From contig CM035354.1 in assembly GCA_020137815.1 (NCBI GenBank), positions 124,001 to 188,000 on the forward strand: a stretch of DNA of 64,000 nt. Direction: 5' to 3'. The notes below the pieces were generated by a model. The model was not told the origin of the DNA. It was given only the letters and a program-made list of their open reading frames with translations, and did not search any database. How positions within the stretch are numbered: the first letter of the stretch is position 1; each line of letters opens with the position of its first letter. This document shows, piece by piece, positions 24,426-37,199 of this stretch. The position numbers and the translations under genes are program-made. Origin of the DNA: Hormiphora californensis. Taxonomy: Eukaryota > Animalia > Ctenophora.

Positions 24426-27400
24426 TCAAAACAGCAGCTCCTTCAGTGCAAAGAGCCAGCTCATGTAGGCATCATCGTTTGCAAAACCTAGCACCATCTT
24501 ACCGCACTTTCCTGATTTCCCCTTATCCGCCTGGTCTAGTTTAAACAGGGTGACTTCAAGTCTAGTTTTATCTCCTGTGGCAACTGAGAAGTTGCAGAGT
24601 GATGTTGTATTGCAACAACTCGGTGTCTTGATTGTGCTAAGGTGAAGGCTCTCCCTGAACAGATATGCCCTGGTGGGCTGATCACACCACGTGACTTCAC
24701 CATACAAAACGAGAGAAGTGGGGTTACCACTGGGGGGTTGATCTTCCTCCGCTAAATGGAGCAATCCGTTAATCCTGAGGAGGGTGTTTCGGCTGTGCAG
24801 GACCGCTTGGCTGACTACGGGCACCTCAAACACCCGCCATGTCCCCTCCAGCATGTCCTCAAAGAACAGCTTGTATTGGCAAAGTCGCTGCATAGGCTTA
24901 TTCCGGTAGGAGACGGCCGGCAGACGATCCCCGAGATCTTCCTGAATCTTTTTGAAATAGTCTTCTGATAATATTGATTCCAATCGGGATTGCATTAGAA
25001 TGAAGTCACCATACACTTTCAACCGTGGGCTAAACTCTGAGAATAGTTGGGCCAGTTTAAGAACCGATGAGTGGTCTTCCATAAGTTTGGCGCTGATTTC
25101 TAAAATCCCCTCCAGAGCCTCGAATGCGAAAATGAGACACGATCTCAAAGATCCATCGTGAGGTGTGTAATCTTGATCTTTTAGGGCAGCCCCAATCAGC
25201 CTATCTTTTAGGTGGTGAAGGGATGAGACGTATCCAGCTTCTGTCTCTTTAAACTCGCTCAGCACGTGAGTGAGCCGGGATGAAGCCTTGTCTCGATTGT
25301 GGTGCCTACAAATCGCAGCCTCAACCAAAAGAACCTGAGAACGTTTTTCCTCCGCCTGCGAAACCATGTCTTCAACATTTCTCAGATAGTCCGTAATGGT
25401 CGGGGTGAGCGGGCGAAATGATGGCCTTCGCTGGTCACTTCCCCTTCGTAATCCAATGTTGCTATTTATCCTGGTCCGTGAATCCACATTACTACGAGTC
25501 AGCGCTGCAAAGCTCTTCAACAGTTCCTCCAAGATTCGCTCAGATCCATCACCGGCTTGAGACTTGTAAAGTTGTAACGCGGACACATCACAGATCTCTT
25601 GTACCTCAAACGGTTCTGGGCTAAGTGATAAGCAGAGAATGGTGATCTTTTCCAGGGATGCAAGAGTTTCAACTGAACCCTCTGCTTCCTTAAATCGAGC
25701 CATGCTGTTGTCTAGGGACCGCCGGAATATCTCCACTTCATGGTTAATGAGAGAGGATAACTGCTGAGTAGCTGACACCAGGTCAGTCACGAGGCGAGTT
25801 ATGCACGTTTCCACACCCTGGACAGACCCAAGTAGTGATTCTGTGCCCATGGACTCACAAGTGCTCAAGTAGTGTTGGATGACCTGGCACGGGGCGAATG
25901 TTAGCCTCCTCCTGATCTTACTGTCCTTCCTGACTAGGTCCACTAGCCGGGAGGTCCGGGATATGTCATCGAGTGACAAGAGCGACTGAAACTCACGAAC
26001 CCATGACAGAATGTCATACTGGGTGTTCAAAACAAACTCCAGCCCCACTACTTTTTCATTGCTCTTCACCAATTCAGAAAAGTCCTTGGCTATGCGTGTT
26101 TCTAGAGCTGAAACCGCAACCTCGGCAGGACCTCTCCGCTCAATCGGTAGGGCGTCTCTCCGTTTTTCGATTTCCTGGAAGGAAATTTTAATAGCCTGGA
26201 GCATTTGGTAGGCCTCTTTTCTTCGTTCATCAGCTTCAGAGCTATCGGGTGTAAGCTCTGTCATCTTGGTCTCCAACTCAACCAGTCGATCTTCCAAAGA
26301 TTTGCAATCTCGATTAAGTTCGTTCCAGTTCCATTGAAGCTCTAGAGACCGTTCCATGACCAATTCGAGTTCCGAATAGTTCAGATCCAATTCTGCGATT
26401 GCCCTCATAAGACTCTTAGTGGCCATAACGAGGACTCTATCACAGAGTAAATCACTCGACAGGAGTTTCATTAGCTCTTCCCCTTTCATAACCAGCGATG
26501 TGTTAATAGGACGAATTGAGCCGGCCTGATCCAAGTATCGCTGTCGGGCAGTCTCCAGTGAGGGATGACAGTTCTCTTCGTCCACACGTGCTGCCTGAAA
26601 TTAACGAGTATCTTTCATTTCTGCACGGGTGAGTTATACAACTCTCATCACATTAATATTTATTTTACGATTAATGCTTCTTACCTCTTTTACAAAGCCT
26701 TTCAGCATTATTGGCTGAGCCTGAAGATGTCTATAAAAATGCCGACACTCGTTCCAGAATCCCTCAAACTTTAGTCTTCTCTCGTACCATCTGTCCATGC
26801 TGTTTGATGGGATATCCCCGCCCATCTGAGAGGGAACACACCGGGGCCCTCCCAAAACCTCCGCTAAGTTCTCGCTCGTGCAGTGGTCAACTTCGGAGAA
26901 TACCTGCTCGTCTGAGAATGGGGGGGGGGTTCTGATAAAGTTAGTGCCAATGGAGGCCGCGGTATAGGGGGTGACAAAGCAGGTAACAAACGACTTCAGA
27001 AGATCTCTGGTATGATATACATAAATTGTAAACCTTGATTACTATACGGTCTTGCCTCTCCTCTGTTTTCAAAAAAATCCCCAAGCCAAACTTCTTACCG
27101 ATTGATAGCATTGAAAGGATGTCAGATGATTTTTTCACAGTAGTCGGAACCTCCTTTTCCCACACGACTAAGAGTTTCAGATTGTAGTGTCTGTAGGCTC
27201 GGAATAGTTCAACAAGCTGTGCATGTATTCCACCACACCAGCTGGAATCCACCATCTCACATAAAACAACCCTTGAGTGGGAAATCATCAATTTTATTTG
27301 TTTTTTTACACATGACAGACGCCTATAATACATGAGCATAATTAACTTATAGGGATTATCAGGGGAGAAAATGCAAATTGTTTGTCATTAAGGGTAAACA

Positions 27401-28317
27401 TCCTAGATAATAGTATACCTGAGATCTTGAAGACACTCCAACCCAAAGGTAGCACCATGCTCGAAAAAGTTTCCCACCACCGCATCCATAACATAATGAA
27501 CAGCCAGTTCATCGTCAGGTCGGACTGGGTTGTACAGAAACAGGAGATCAAATCCGCCACTATCGAACACACCTGGAGAAATATTTCTAGGGTAGACATG
27601 ACCTTCTTCGACCCTCCCTCCCCGTGCCCAAAAGGTTCAGAACAAAACAATGCAAGATAGACACTGGTAGTTGACTAGGTTTTACAAATAAAGGCTGCCG
27701 ACACACATGATGCTCTTCAGTCTTCAAAGTGCAACCCTATTCTCGACGTAGAAAGTTATGAACAATACAAGCAAGACTTGTTGAGTAACGTGGAAGTAAG
27801 GGGGAAGAGTTTCCCCCTTACTCAACAAAGCAAAACCTCTGCAATGACCAACCTGGATAGATAATGTTTCCGGTCAGAATTTGGTTGGATAGCTCCACGC
27901 CATGCTCTACGTGAAACAAGTTCGGTAGTACCGGTTCAGCTATAAAATACGCAGTTGTTGGTATAATTATATGTGAGAGGTTGGAAAAGAGATGGGAAAT
28001 GCGCTATTTTTTCGCATGGCAATTCAAGCAGGTTGTGGTTATGACCACAACAAGCTCTCTTACCCAGGATATCATAATTCATAACATCAGGAAATACTGG
28101 TCCCTGATTGGCTGATAACTAGTCACGTGACCTAAATAAAGAGCTCTGATTGGTTGTTTACTCACTTACCCAGGATATCATAATTCATGACATTCACTTC
28201 ATCGATAACACTCCACGATCTGGACAAATCTGCTTTACTCGCTGAACTTCTGCTCGCTGACGTTTCCCCGCTTACAGTCCGCTTTATCATTCTTAACAAA
28301 GACTTCTTTTTCGGCAT
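24426..28317 (-). CDS. RhoGEF of the DBL/DBS/PLEKHG4 type (Sec14-like, spectrin-like helical region, DH-PH); approximate exons 28170-28317, 27854-27939, 27418-27571, 27099-27271, 26683-26912, 24426-26594
   Basis: IIYPGVFDSGGFDLLFL and QMGG...WYERRLKFEGF resemble Sec14-domain borders. DH motifs LSEFKETEAGYVSSL and KPMQRLCQYKLFF. PH-like C-terminus ending in a W-helix. Splice phases compatible. Confidence 0.75.
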
Positions 28318-29132
28318 GGCGTGTGCAGCAATATAATACATATACACAACAGATCTTTATAGGACAGTGAAGTAAGGCAGGGAAGCATGAGGAGATATAT
28401 AGGATGCATATAACAATCTCACTTTGTAATATGACGCGTTATAACCTGGGCTACTGCTCAAGGTCAGAGTTATGAGTTTCGGGAAAGTGCACTTTTTATT
28501 TCAGGACGAAAAAACACATTATGGTGCTATTGTAGCCGCAGCTCACAGACCCCTGTCTGGCGCCGCAGATCCGGGACCCCATCTAAGCACACTGTCATGC
28601 ACCCAATGTGAGAATGAAATCGGGTTCTGGCGCCGCCAGACAGACAGACAGACACACACAATGGAACCTACCTTTTAAAGGCCTCTGAAGAACTCATATC
28701 CACTTTCAAGTCTCATACATGGGATATTTTAAGTTCAATAGATATCGACAAACATTCCATGAAACATGTGTTGCGTCCAAAATACAGTTGTATTACTTCG
28801 TTGTGACAAACAAAAGACGAAATGTTTCCCCATGTTTACGTTTTACACAAAATGTATGACAAATGAAAACAAGCTGATTGTACCAAATACCACGGATAAT
28901 TACCTACAACCGGCCGTGCAATGTAGATCAGTATACACGTGCAATAAAAACAAAGTATAAAACTAAAAATATGATTTCTGTGTGTCCCACACCGACCTTT
29001 GCTCCACCCTCTCTCACATGACATCACCGAATCAGACCATGTACATTTAGTCCATCAAGTGGGACTTCTCTCTTTTTAGAGAAAAGGAACAACCCAAACA
29101 ACACCAATAATATATTAATTGTCCCCTTCTCT

Positions 29133-31123
29133 TCACGGAGCAGAAGTAGGAGAAGAACTGAGACTGATTTCGGCAGCGGCTTTAGCTTCGCTGTAATTGT
29201 GAATGATCGTTGAGGCCCCAATTATCGAGCAGCCAATGGCAAGGAACAATACCTGAAAGAATTGGGAAGCCAATTACCCACTTGTTTGATTTGTTTCAAA
29301 TGAAAGGCATTGGAAATACCTATGTACTCATGACTCGATCTACCGAACCCTCAGTCCTCACAGAGCGTGGTGTAAACCACACAACTTATGTCTCATTATA
29401 CCTTAAGAACTAGGTCTTTGTTATTCCTCATTTCGTCGAATATCATTTCAGCAAAGGTAATGTAAAGGAAGAAACCGGTGCTTAGCCCTTGAATTATTCC
29501 TGAAATGATAACACTTCATGAATTCTCGTCTTTGAATAGTTTAGCCAAATTTGCTACCATTGTAGTTGACAATATATGTGCAACCATGCAACTGAACTGT
29601 CAGAGCATTGGCCTGACCCTATTCTGACTTGTTGAGTCAACAAATTCTGACCCTATTCTGACCCTATTCTCATTTCGCGGAGCGCACGAGAACTGTCATG
29701 GTCAGAGCATGATTGGCTTGGCAACAACTGGATAGGAATTGTACCTGAAACGAGGGCAACAGTAACAGCATCCAGAGATGCCATTCCTTCCAGAATCCCA
29801 ATAGCTACGGCGATTCCTATCGGTGTACCGATACAAAACACACTCATGTGAATAACTATGCCTCTACGGGAAAACGGGGGGGGGGGGGGGGGGGTTAACA
29901 AGAATTCCCTGTCTGAAGGTGTTTGTATGTCTAAATCATTAAAGCATGCTAGGGACCAAGTAGGGACCGTGTGGGATGAATCCTGTTATATTAAGGGGTT
30001 TGGTTAATGCGGAGAAGACACGAAGAAAAAAAAAGAAGAAAAAAAAGGGGTTTGGACACTTAACATACTTGATTTGCTGTTCGGCTTCAATTAATCGAGC
30101 TCCTACAGCAAATGCGACCACACATTTGTGTATAAGAATGGCTCCTGCTAGCTGCATAAAAACACTCGACCTTGCTTCCACACCTATGGCAAGGCCTTCA
30201 AAGATGGAGTGGATGAGGAGTGCGAATATTAGTACTCCAACTCCTTTCCTTATCTGCGTGGAAAGTTAAGTTAACCAGCCAATTTTATCAAAAGTCAATG
30301 AATCAAAGATAGCAATACGCTGTGATTTGTGAAGTTACCCCCACACTGACAGTAAACTAACCTGTTCTGAATCGGTTGGGCTTTTCGGTGATTTAACTAC
30401 ATTACCATTAGTTTTAATACCGTCATCTTCATCATCATCTGTAGGACACGCCTGAACACATCCCTTTTCAGAATTAGCTTGATGATGCATTTTCATGTTT
30501 TTTGTCAGACACGGCTCGTGGTTCGAGCATTAGTTTGGATTCCATGATATAAAAAGAATTGAAAAGCTGTTTGTCTTTTTAGTTGCTATAATACCTCGTG
30601 ATGATGAGAATGCCCATGACCGTGTGTGACTGCTTCAACCAACAGAATTAGTATAAAACCAACACACTCCAAAATCTCAGCCAGTGGCAAGGCCTTTAAG
30701 AATTCATTTTCTGTACTTCTTTTCCATATATTAAGCTCCATCGCCACCTAAAAGTATGATCAGTATAATTTAATTATTGACTGTTCATACTCTGTCGCGC
30801 ATAAACATGATAAAAGTTAAAACTCTGTCTGGTGGTGCGAACCCAATCTGAGCGCACTGCCATCAAAATGGCAGACAGTTTTAAATACCCACCTCGGGTA
30901 CTAGGTGCATGAAGCACGTCCCAAAGAATACACCCCCTCCAAAACAGCTGGCTATGCTGGTGAACCGAGCCGTGTTCTTCATCTTTTTGAACCGAATTGG
31001 CAGGAGTCCAAACAGGAAGGGCACCACAAACATGATCGCCATTCCACCACATTTCACCCAGATTGAATGTTTGCTAGTCTCCGAGAGATTGTCCTCATCA
31101 TGTTTAGTGTTGTTGAATATCAT
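29133..31123 (-). CDS. ZIP (SLC39A1/2/3-like) zinc transporter, ~7 exons
   Basis: SCFGGGVFFGTCFMHLVPE; His-rich loop HGHGHSHH; ALLIHSIFEGLAIG; AILIHKCVVAF; GTPIGIAV; QGLSTGFFLYITFAEMI. Confidence 0.9.
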
Positions 31124-34100
31124 ACTAGACAAGAATGAAATATAATCAAGGTTAGATCTACTCTAACTAAGGTTATCTACACTGTATTTTAAATAATCTG
31201 TTGGAGATCAACTAGAACTGATCATATTGTACGATGGTAAACGTCAATATACGTCAATAAACGAAAAGATTTTAAGACGGAGTGAAAGATAGAGAACCTA
31301 AGATTAATTAAAAATTCTTTAACAATGTATCACGTACAAAAGAGTAGTTATTATACACAGCCATGCATCTATTGCACTCATGTACGTGGTGTGTGTTAGT
31401 AAAACAAGCAAGAACGTTGCACTGTACAACGTCAACAAATTACAAAGAAGGAGCAGATATACACACACTCGCTAACCATGACCAAAAATCCGTGGCCCAC
31501 TCTGTACAAGTGCAAGTGGTTGTTTACTGTACCATGAGAAGGAACAGCTATACATAAAAGTGTGTGTGTGTATGATTTTGTAATGTATTCTAACACCTAG
31601 TACCATGAGCCATGTGGTGGCCACACGAGGTTAAACAATAATAATAATAATAATAATAATAATATTCCGCGCTTATATACCGCCCATACCCGACGGAAAC
31701 ATGTCAAAATATTGGCGATGTTCCGACGAGTCATCAGAGCGGTATATCCTAGAGTAAAAATATCGCACACGAACAATTCTGGTTGAAAAAGACAATATAT
31801 GGAAAACCAAATTAACTGGACTTATCAAACTGAGGGAATAACTGGTCCCATAAACCTGTAGATATAATTTTAAACACGCTATACTCACACCTGCTCAAAA
31901 AAGGATACCAGATAGTGATTTAATAACATGACTAGAGAGAGGATGAGACTGATTGCCCGCAGACCCCACAACTACAACAAACATTACAACTCAGCCATGG
32001 GTTCCCCATCACCCACTCCAAATGCACCAACGAAGAGATGTGTTTTCAGGCGAGCTTTAAAGGTATCAACGTTGGGGATCGACCTTAACTCGAGGGGTAG
32101 CTCATTCCAAATAGCAGGCAGAAATACTGATAGTCTCCTACGTCTCAATTTAGAATTGGCTTTGATACTGGTCATCTTGGGGTGTTTTAATCTGTAAGGA
32201 TCAATAACACTAGTCATCCTTGTTGTCCTGGAGACTCCCCAGCTTTTATCAAGAGGAACCATTTCCTGGAGGTAACCTGGTGCCGTTCCATAGACTATCT
32301 TATAAGCGATTAGACAGGCTTTGAAGTCCAGTCTGTAGGAGATGGGTAAAATATGACACTGCCTGAAGTATTCCGAGTAATCCTCTTGATGCCCATGGAT
32401 GTTGAATATAAAGCGTACACAGGAGTTTAGTGTTTTCTGGAGCCCACCAAGAACTCGGGCCGGAAGTCCACAGTACAGAATATTACTGTAATCAATCCTC
32501 GATATAATCAATTGTTTCACCAACATTATCTTCGTTTGAATATCAAAACATCTGTGTAACTGCCAAAGATTCCGTAGTATCAGCCCACACTGTTTCCTCA
32601 CATTGTTAACCTGTCGTTCAAGATTTAGGTTGTGGTCCAAGAGTATTCCCAAGGTTTTCCCATCTGCTCCACTACATTCACTGGGGAAGATTTCCGTTCC
32701 TCCAAAGTTGATAACTGGATCGAAAGAGATTTTACTCAAAGAACTGCGCTTTCCAAGCAGGATGAATTCCGTTTTGGCCTCATTACACTTCAACCACTGC
32801 CCCACCATCCACCGCTTCACCTTCGCCAGACACTCCTCAATATCCACCTTCGTCCTAGACCAGCCAGTAGAATCCGTAGGAACCAGACTCACATAGAGCT
32901 GGGAGTCGTCTGCATATAACTTTATCCGGAGTCCATATGGTTCCACAATATCTTGCACAGCTTCAATGTAAAGTAGAAACAAAATAGGACCAAGAAGAGA
33001 CCCCTGGGGCACTCCACAGAGTAAGGCCAGGGTATCCGAGAGACAATCACCAACCGAGACTCTAAAAGATCTGGAACTCAGGTAGCTCTTAAACCATTGA
33101 AGAGGATCACCATCCACTCCAAACCGTTTCTGCAACACCTCCAACAACTTTTCATGATCCACCGTATCAAATGCGGCACTCATGTCCAAACAGATCAGAG
33201 CAACAACATTTCCTTTATCCATCTCACCTAATACATCATCAAACATGCTGGCTAACAGAGTTTCGCAACTGTGACCAGCACGATAACCGGATTGATGCTT
33301 GCCCAGAAGTGAATTGCTTTCAAGGTACTCATTCAGCTGCGTGAGCACCACCTTTTCTAGGAGCTTAGAAAGGAATGGGATATTTGAGACAGGACGATAG
33401 TTACTGAGAGCTTCCCTATCTCCGTACAGATTCTTGATGGTAGGAAACACGATAGCTTTCTGGAGAGATTCCGCAACTGTAGACTGATGTAGAGATTGGT
33501 TTACCATCGATGTTAATACCGGAGCAAGATCCCTAATGCACTCCTTTACTACCCAAGTGGGCAACGGATCAAGGTCACAATGTTTGCTTGACATAGACTT
33601 CACCACCTTAACAAGTTCCTCCTCCGACATCTCTTTGAATTCCTTCCATGTTGAATGACAGGCTTTTCCGGGTTCCTCAAAGTCGCCAGCTTGCTTCTGC
33701 TCCTCATTGACTTGGGTTCGAATTTTTTCCACTTTGGAACTAAAGAACTGGGAGAAATCATCTGCCAAGTTCTTGGTGTTTGTTGTTTCAGGAAGAATTG
33801 TTTCAGCTTTTCCAAGGAGTTTCTGGAGCTTACTTTGCAATTTCTTTGGGTCACCTTTGGCAGCAACCAAGTCCTCTTTAATGAAAAGTGACCTCTTTTC
33901 CCTATCCATCTTTCCATACAGTTTCTTCAGGTCATTAAATCTCCGTTTCGCATCCACAGTTCCAAGTTTCCGCCAACACCGTTCTGCATTCCTCCTCTCT
34001 CGAAGTAATCCTCTAAGTTCCTCATCCCTCCATGGCTTAAACTTTTTACCAGTCCTCACCCGTTTCCTCGGTACTCGCTTCTCCACTATACCTTCCAGCC

Positions 34101-34844
34101 AACGATAGAAATTCACCACGCCCTCCTCTGGATCCCTACCTCCTTCAAAATCTGCCTTCCGCAAGTCCTCTTTAAATCCTTCCAAATCCACTGACTTGTA
34201 ATCCATGTATTCTCGATGCACTGATTTCTTCAGACAGGAGTTCGACAGGTCAGGTCTCACTTGAATCCCAAACTGTACTAGGAAGTGATCTGATGTAGTA
34301 CCATTAGGAAATATGGAATATGTCACCTAGAGAAGTTTCTCTTGTAGTTATCACCAAGTCCAAGGTTCCTCCCAGCTGGTGAGTAGGCAACATTGGTACT
34401 CTTTGTTGAAGATCAAATGAATCCAGCAGCTCCAAAAGTTTCCTTGCATAGAAGTTATTATCATCTTGCACCTGGAAGTTTAGGTCACCAGCGATGATCG
34501 GAGTACCTTGCTTCATAACAAGCTCGGAAAGGTAGTCACCAAACTCCGACAGGAAAGTTGCTTCTGTAAGTCTCGACCTCGGTGTGTACGGAGGACGATA
34601 GACATTACAGATTCTCTTCGGTTGATCTCTGTCACTGATCAGAACCTCTTGTACTTGAAAAGACTTATACTTGGTCTTCACTGGACACTGCCGAAGAACT
34701 ATGCCATCTCGAAAAAGTATTCCGATTCCTCCACCTCCTCTGTCTCCTCTGGGGCATGAGAAAATGTCCCATCCATTATCTCTGATTTCTTGAAGTTTTC
34801 CAGTGTCCGTTGATTTCAAAAATGTCTCCTGTATAAGACAAATA

Positions 34845-35709
34845 CAGTCGGACCCCGATTTAGTGGCATCCTCGGGGGAAAGAAATCCTGCCACTAAATC
34901 GGGGTGCCACTAAATCGAGGTGAGCCATATTTGGCCCATAAAAACCTATTTTATGCCCAAAATGCTATACTAAGACTAAAGACACCTCTAACTGTTATAT
35001 ATGCAATATTCATGTATTGATGACATGATCATTTCTGATTAGAAATAGAAAACTATCAAATAACTTTTTCAAAAAAATTATGAAAAATTTTCTAAGTTAT
35101 ACCAGCCCGTCTGATTTGTGTTTCGAATCGGTGCAGCTTCCTGGATGTCCTGTCTAATTAGCGGGTTCGAAACGAACCGATACGTGATACCATGCCGAAT
35201 CGGGGCACCCTAAGCGGGTGAGGAAGTACATATCAAAATTTCAAAATAACTTTTTTTCTCAAAATTTATGGGGAGCACCGATCAAAGTGCATTGACAATC
35301 GTACTGTAAAATTTTGCAAAAAAAAGTTTTAAATTTTTTTTAAAGGTATACCAGCCACGTCCGAATCGTGTTTCGAATCGGTACATCTTATCGCATGTCC
35401 TGCTGCTAATTAAACGGTTCGGAACGAATCGAAACGTGATCCCCATCGAATCGAAATTTTGACGCTTGATGAACTTATGATTTAATGACCCCATGGGGAT
35501 CACGTATCGGTTCCGAACCGTCTAATTAGCAGCAGGACATGCGATAAGATTCACTGATTCGAAACACGATTCGGACGTGGCTGGTATTCCTTTGAAAATT
35601 TCAAAAAAATTTCACAAAAAAAAATTCAAAAAAATTTTTGGGGGAAAAATATCTTGCCACTAAATCGGGGTGCCACTAAATCGGGGGCCACTAAATCGGG
35701 GTCCGACTG
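34845..35709. mobile_element. pogo/Tc1-type MITE inserted in LINE B ORF2 (related remnant at ~48510-48595)
   Basis: ta|CAGTCGGACCCCGATTTAGTGGC ... GCCACTAAATCGGGGTCCGACTG|ta. Excision restores the APE reading frame. Confidence 0.9.
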
Positions 35710-37158
35710 TATCACAATCCTCCTCTTCCAGATGCGAAATAACACCTCCAGTTTTGTTAATAAGAGAGCGGACATTTAGTGTCCCAATCTTCCAAGTCTT
35801 TTCCTGTGTAGTTCCTCCTTGGTCCTCGTCCAGTACAGGTTTTTTTCCTCTTTGCTTACACCTGCAGTCCTCTCCATAAGCCGTGCTCGTTCATTGATGT
35901 AGGAAGGGCACCACATACTTGAAGCCGTATGGGTCTTCGAATACTTCTTGTCCTCTCTTGATCCTCCAACTTCACAGTTCACACATTTCATCCTACCAGT
36001 CTCGTTGTTCTTCTTTGCTCTACAGTCTTTCGTCTGATGCGATCCAGCACAGAAGCAGCATATTGGAGTATCCTTTTGGGGGCAGTAAATCGATCCTGCT
36101 ATATGCCCAAATCCTTGACAGTGAAAACACTGTATCACATGATACCTGTTCTTGACAAAGTGTTGCCGAAGACCCAAGTTGATCTTATCCCCGTTAGTAG
36201 ACAAAAGCCTCCGGATCTCTGGAGCCATCTGGATCACTGCATACCTGTCTCTTTCGCTCACAAACACCACCTTCAACTTCTTGTCCTCATGATAAAGTTT
36301 TCTGATATCCACATTCTTGTCCAAAATCGCTGCCAGGATAGTCTCCTTTTTCAGTAGGTCTGGGTCCAAATCATTTATAGTTACCTTTGGTTCAAGCTTC
36401 TTGGCCTCCTCTGAGAAAAATGACATGGAACAGTCCTGTGCAAGTGGAGTCAAAACTTTCTCTGCTTCCTTCATCTGGTCTTCATCAGGGAAATACAGCC
36501 GGGTATGGTCACTGTTCACTCTGGATCTCACCACCGGTATCGTCTTCAACGCAGTTTCCACTTTGGGTTTGACCTCATCAGTCCACTTCTTCGCACAGAA
36601 TCCTGGCCCTCCTTCCTCATTGATGCCAGTTTTAATATTCACATAGTGTTTCATCGTAGGTGTAACCGGTTCCTCTGGATCACCACCACCAATATCACTT
36701 CTACTATTCTCCATAGGTTTGACCAAAGCAGAGATAGTGGAAACCAGATCCTTGTGCAGCTTTGCAAACGACTCTTTCAGATCAGTCTGGTCTCCAGGAA
36801 CAGAAAACGGTGCCGACGCCGGAAGCATGTTGTAACAGGCTTTGAGAAGATGCCACAACTGAGGTTTATGGACAGACGACGGACAAACAGTGTCACCCCT
36901 CCCAAGGCACACTAACAAATCACTACCCTTATAATCATTACTAAATACTTCTCCTGCTAACAGGTCTTCAAAATCACTCTTAGTGATACATATGTCATAA
37001 TTACTCGTAACGGTCATCCTAAAACACCCGTTGCACGCCGGCCAACAACAAACTCTTCACTGATATCACTCGTAAGTTAAGTTAAAGTAGGCCTAACAGA
37101 GATCTAAAAGATTAGAGAATAGATGCTAACACAGTTATCAGGAACGATTGACGGCAAA

Positions 37159-37199
37159 CTCAAATTAATTTGTTTAAAGTAGTGTTGAAAAGTTTGAAA
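37159..37199 (-). other. Spliced-leader-like sequence copy at 5' terminus of LINE B
   Basis: TTTCAAACTTTTCAACACTACTTTAAACAAATTAATTTGAG followed by TTTGCC (no GT donor); 141 nt upstream of the ORF1 ATG. Confidence 0.8.

Larger units (their letters stand above)
31637..37199 (-). mobile_element. Near-intact full-length L2-group LINE ('LINE B'): ORF1 35776-37017 (zinc knuckles), ORF2 ~35775-31984 (APE-RT; MITE insertion plus one frameshift at ~34320), (TTA)n tail, leader-like 5' end
   Basis: CFHCQGFGH, CCFCAGSH; LNVRSL..DICLIQETF (after removing the MITE); YRPP, GDLN, LDLV, SDH; DMSAAFDTVDH, GVPQGSLLGP, YADD. Confidence 0.93.
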
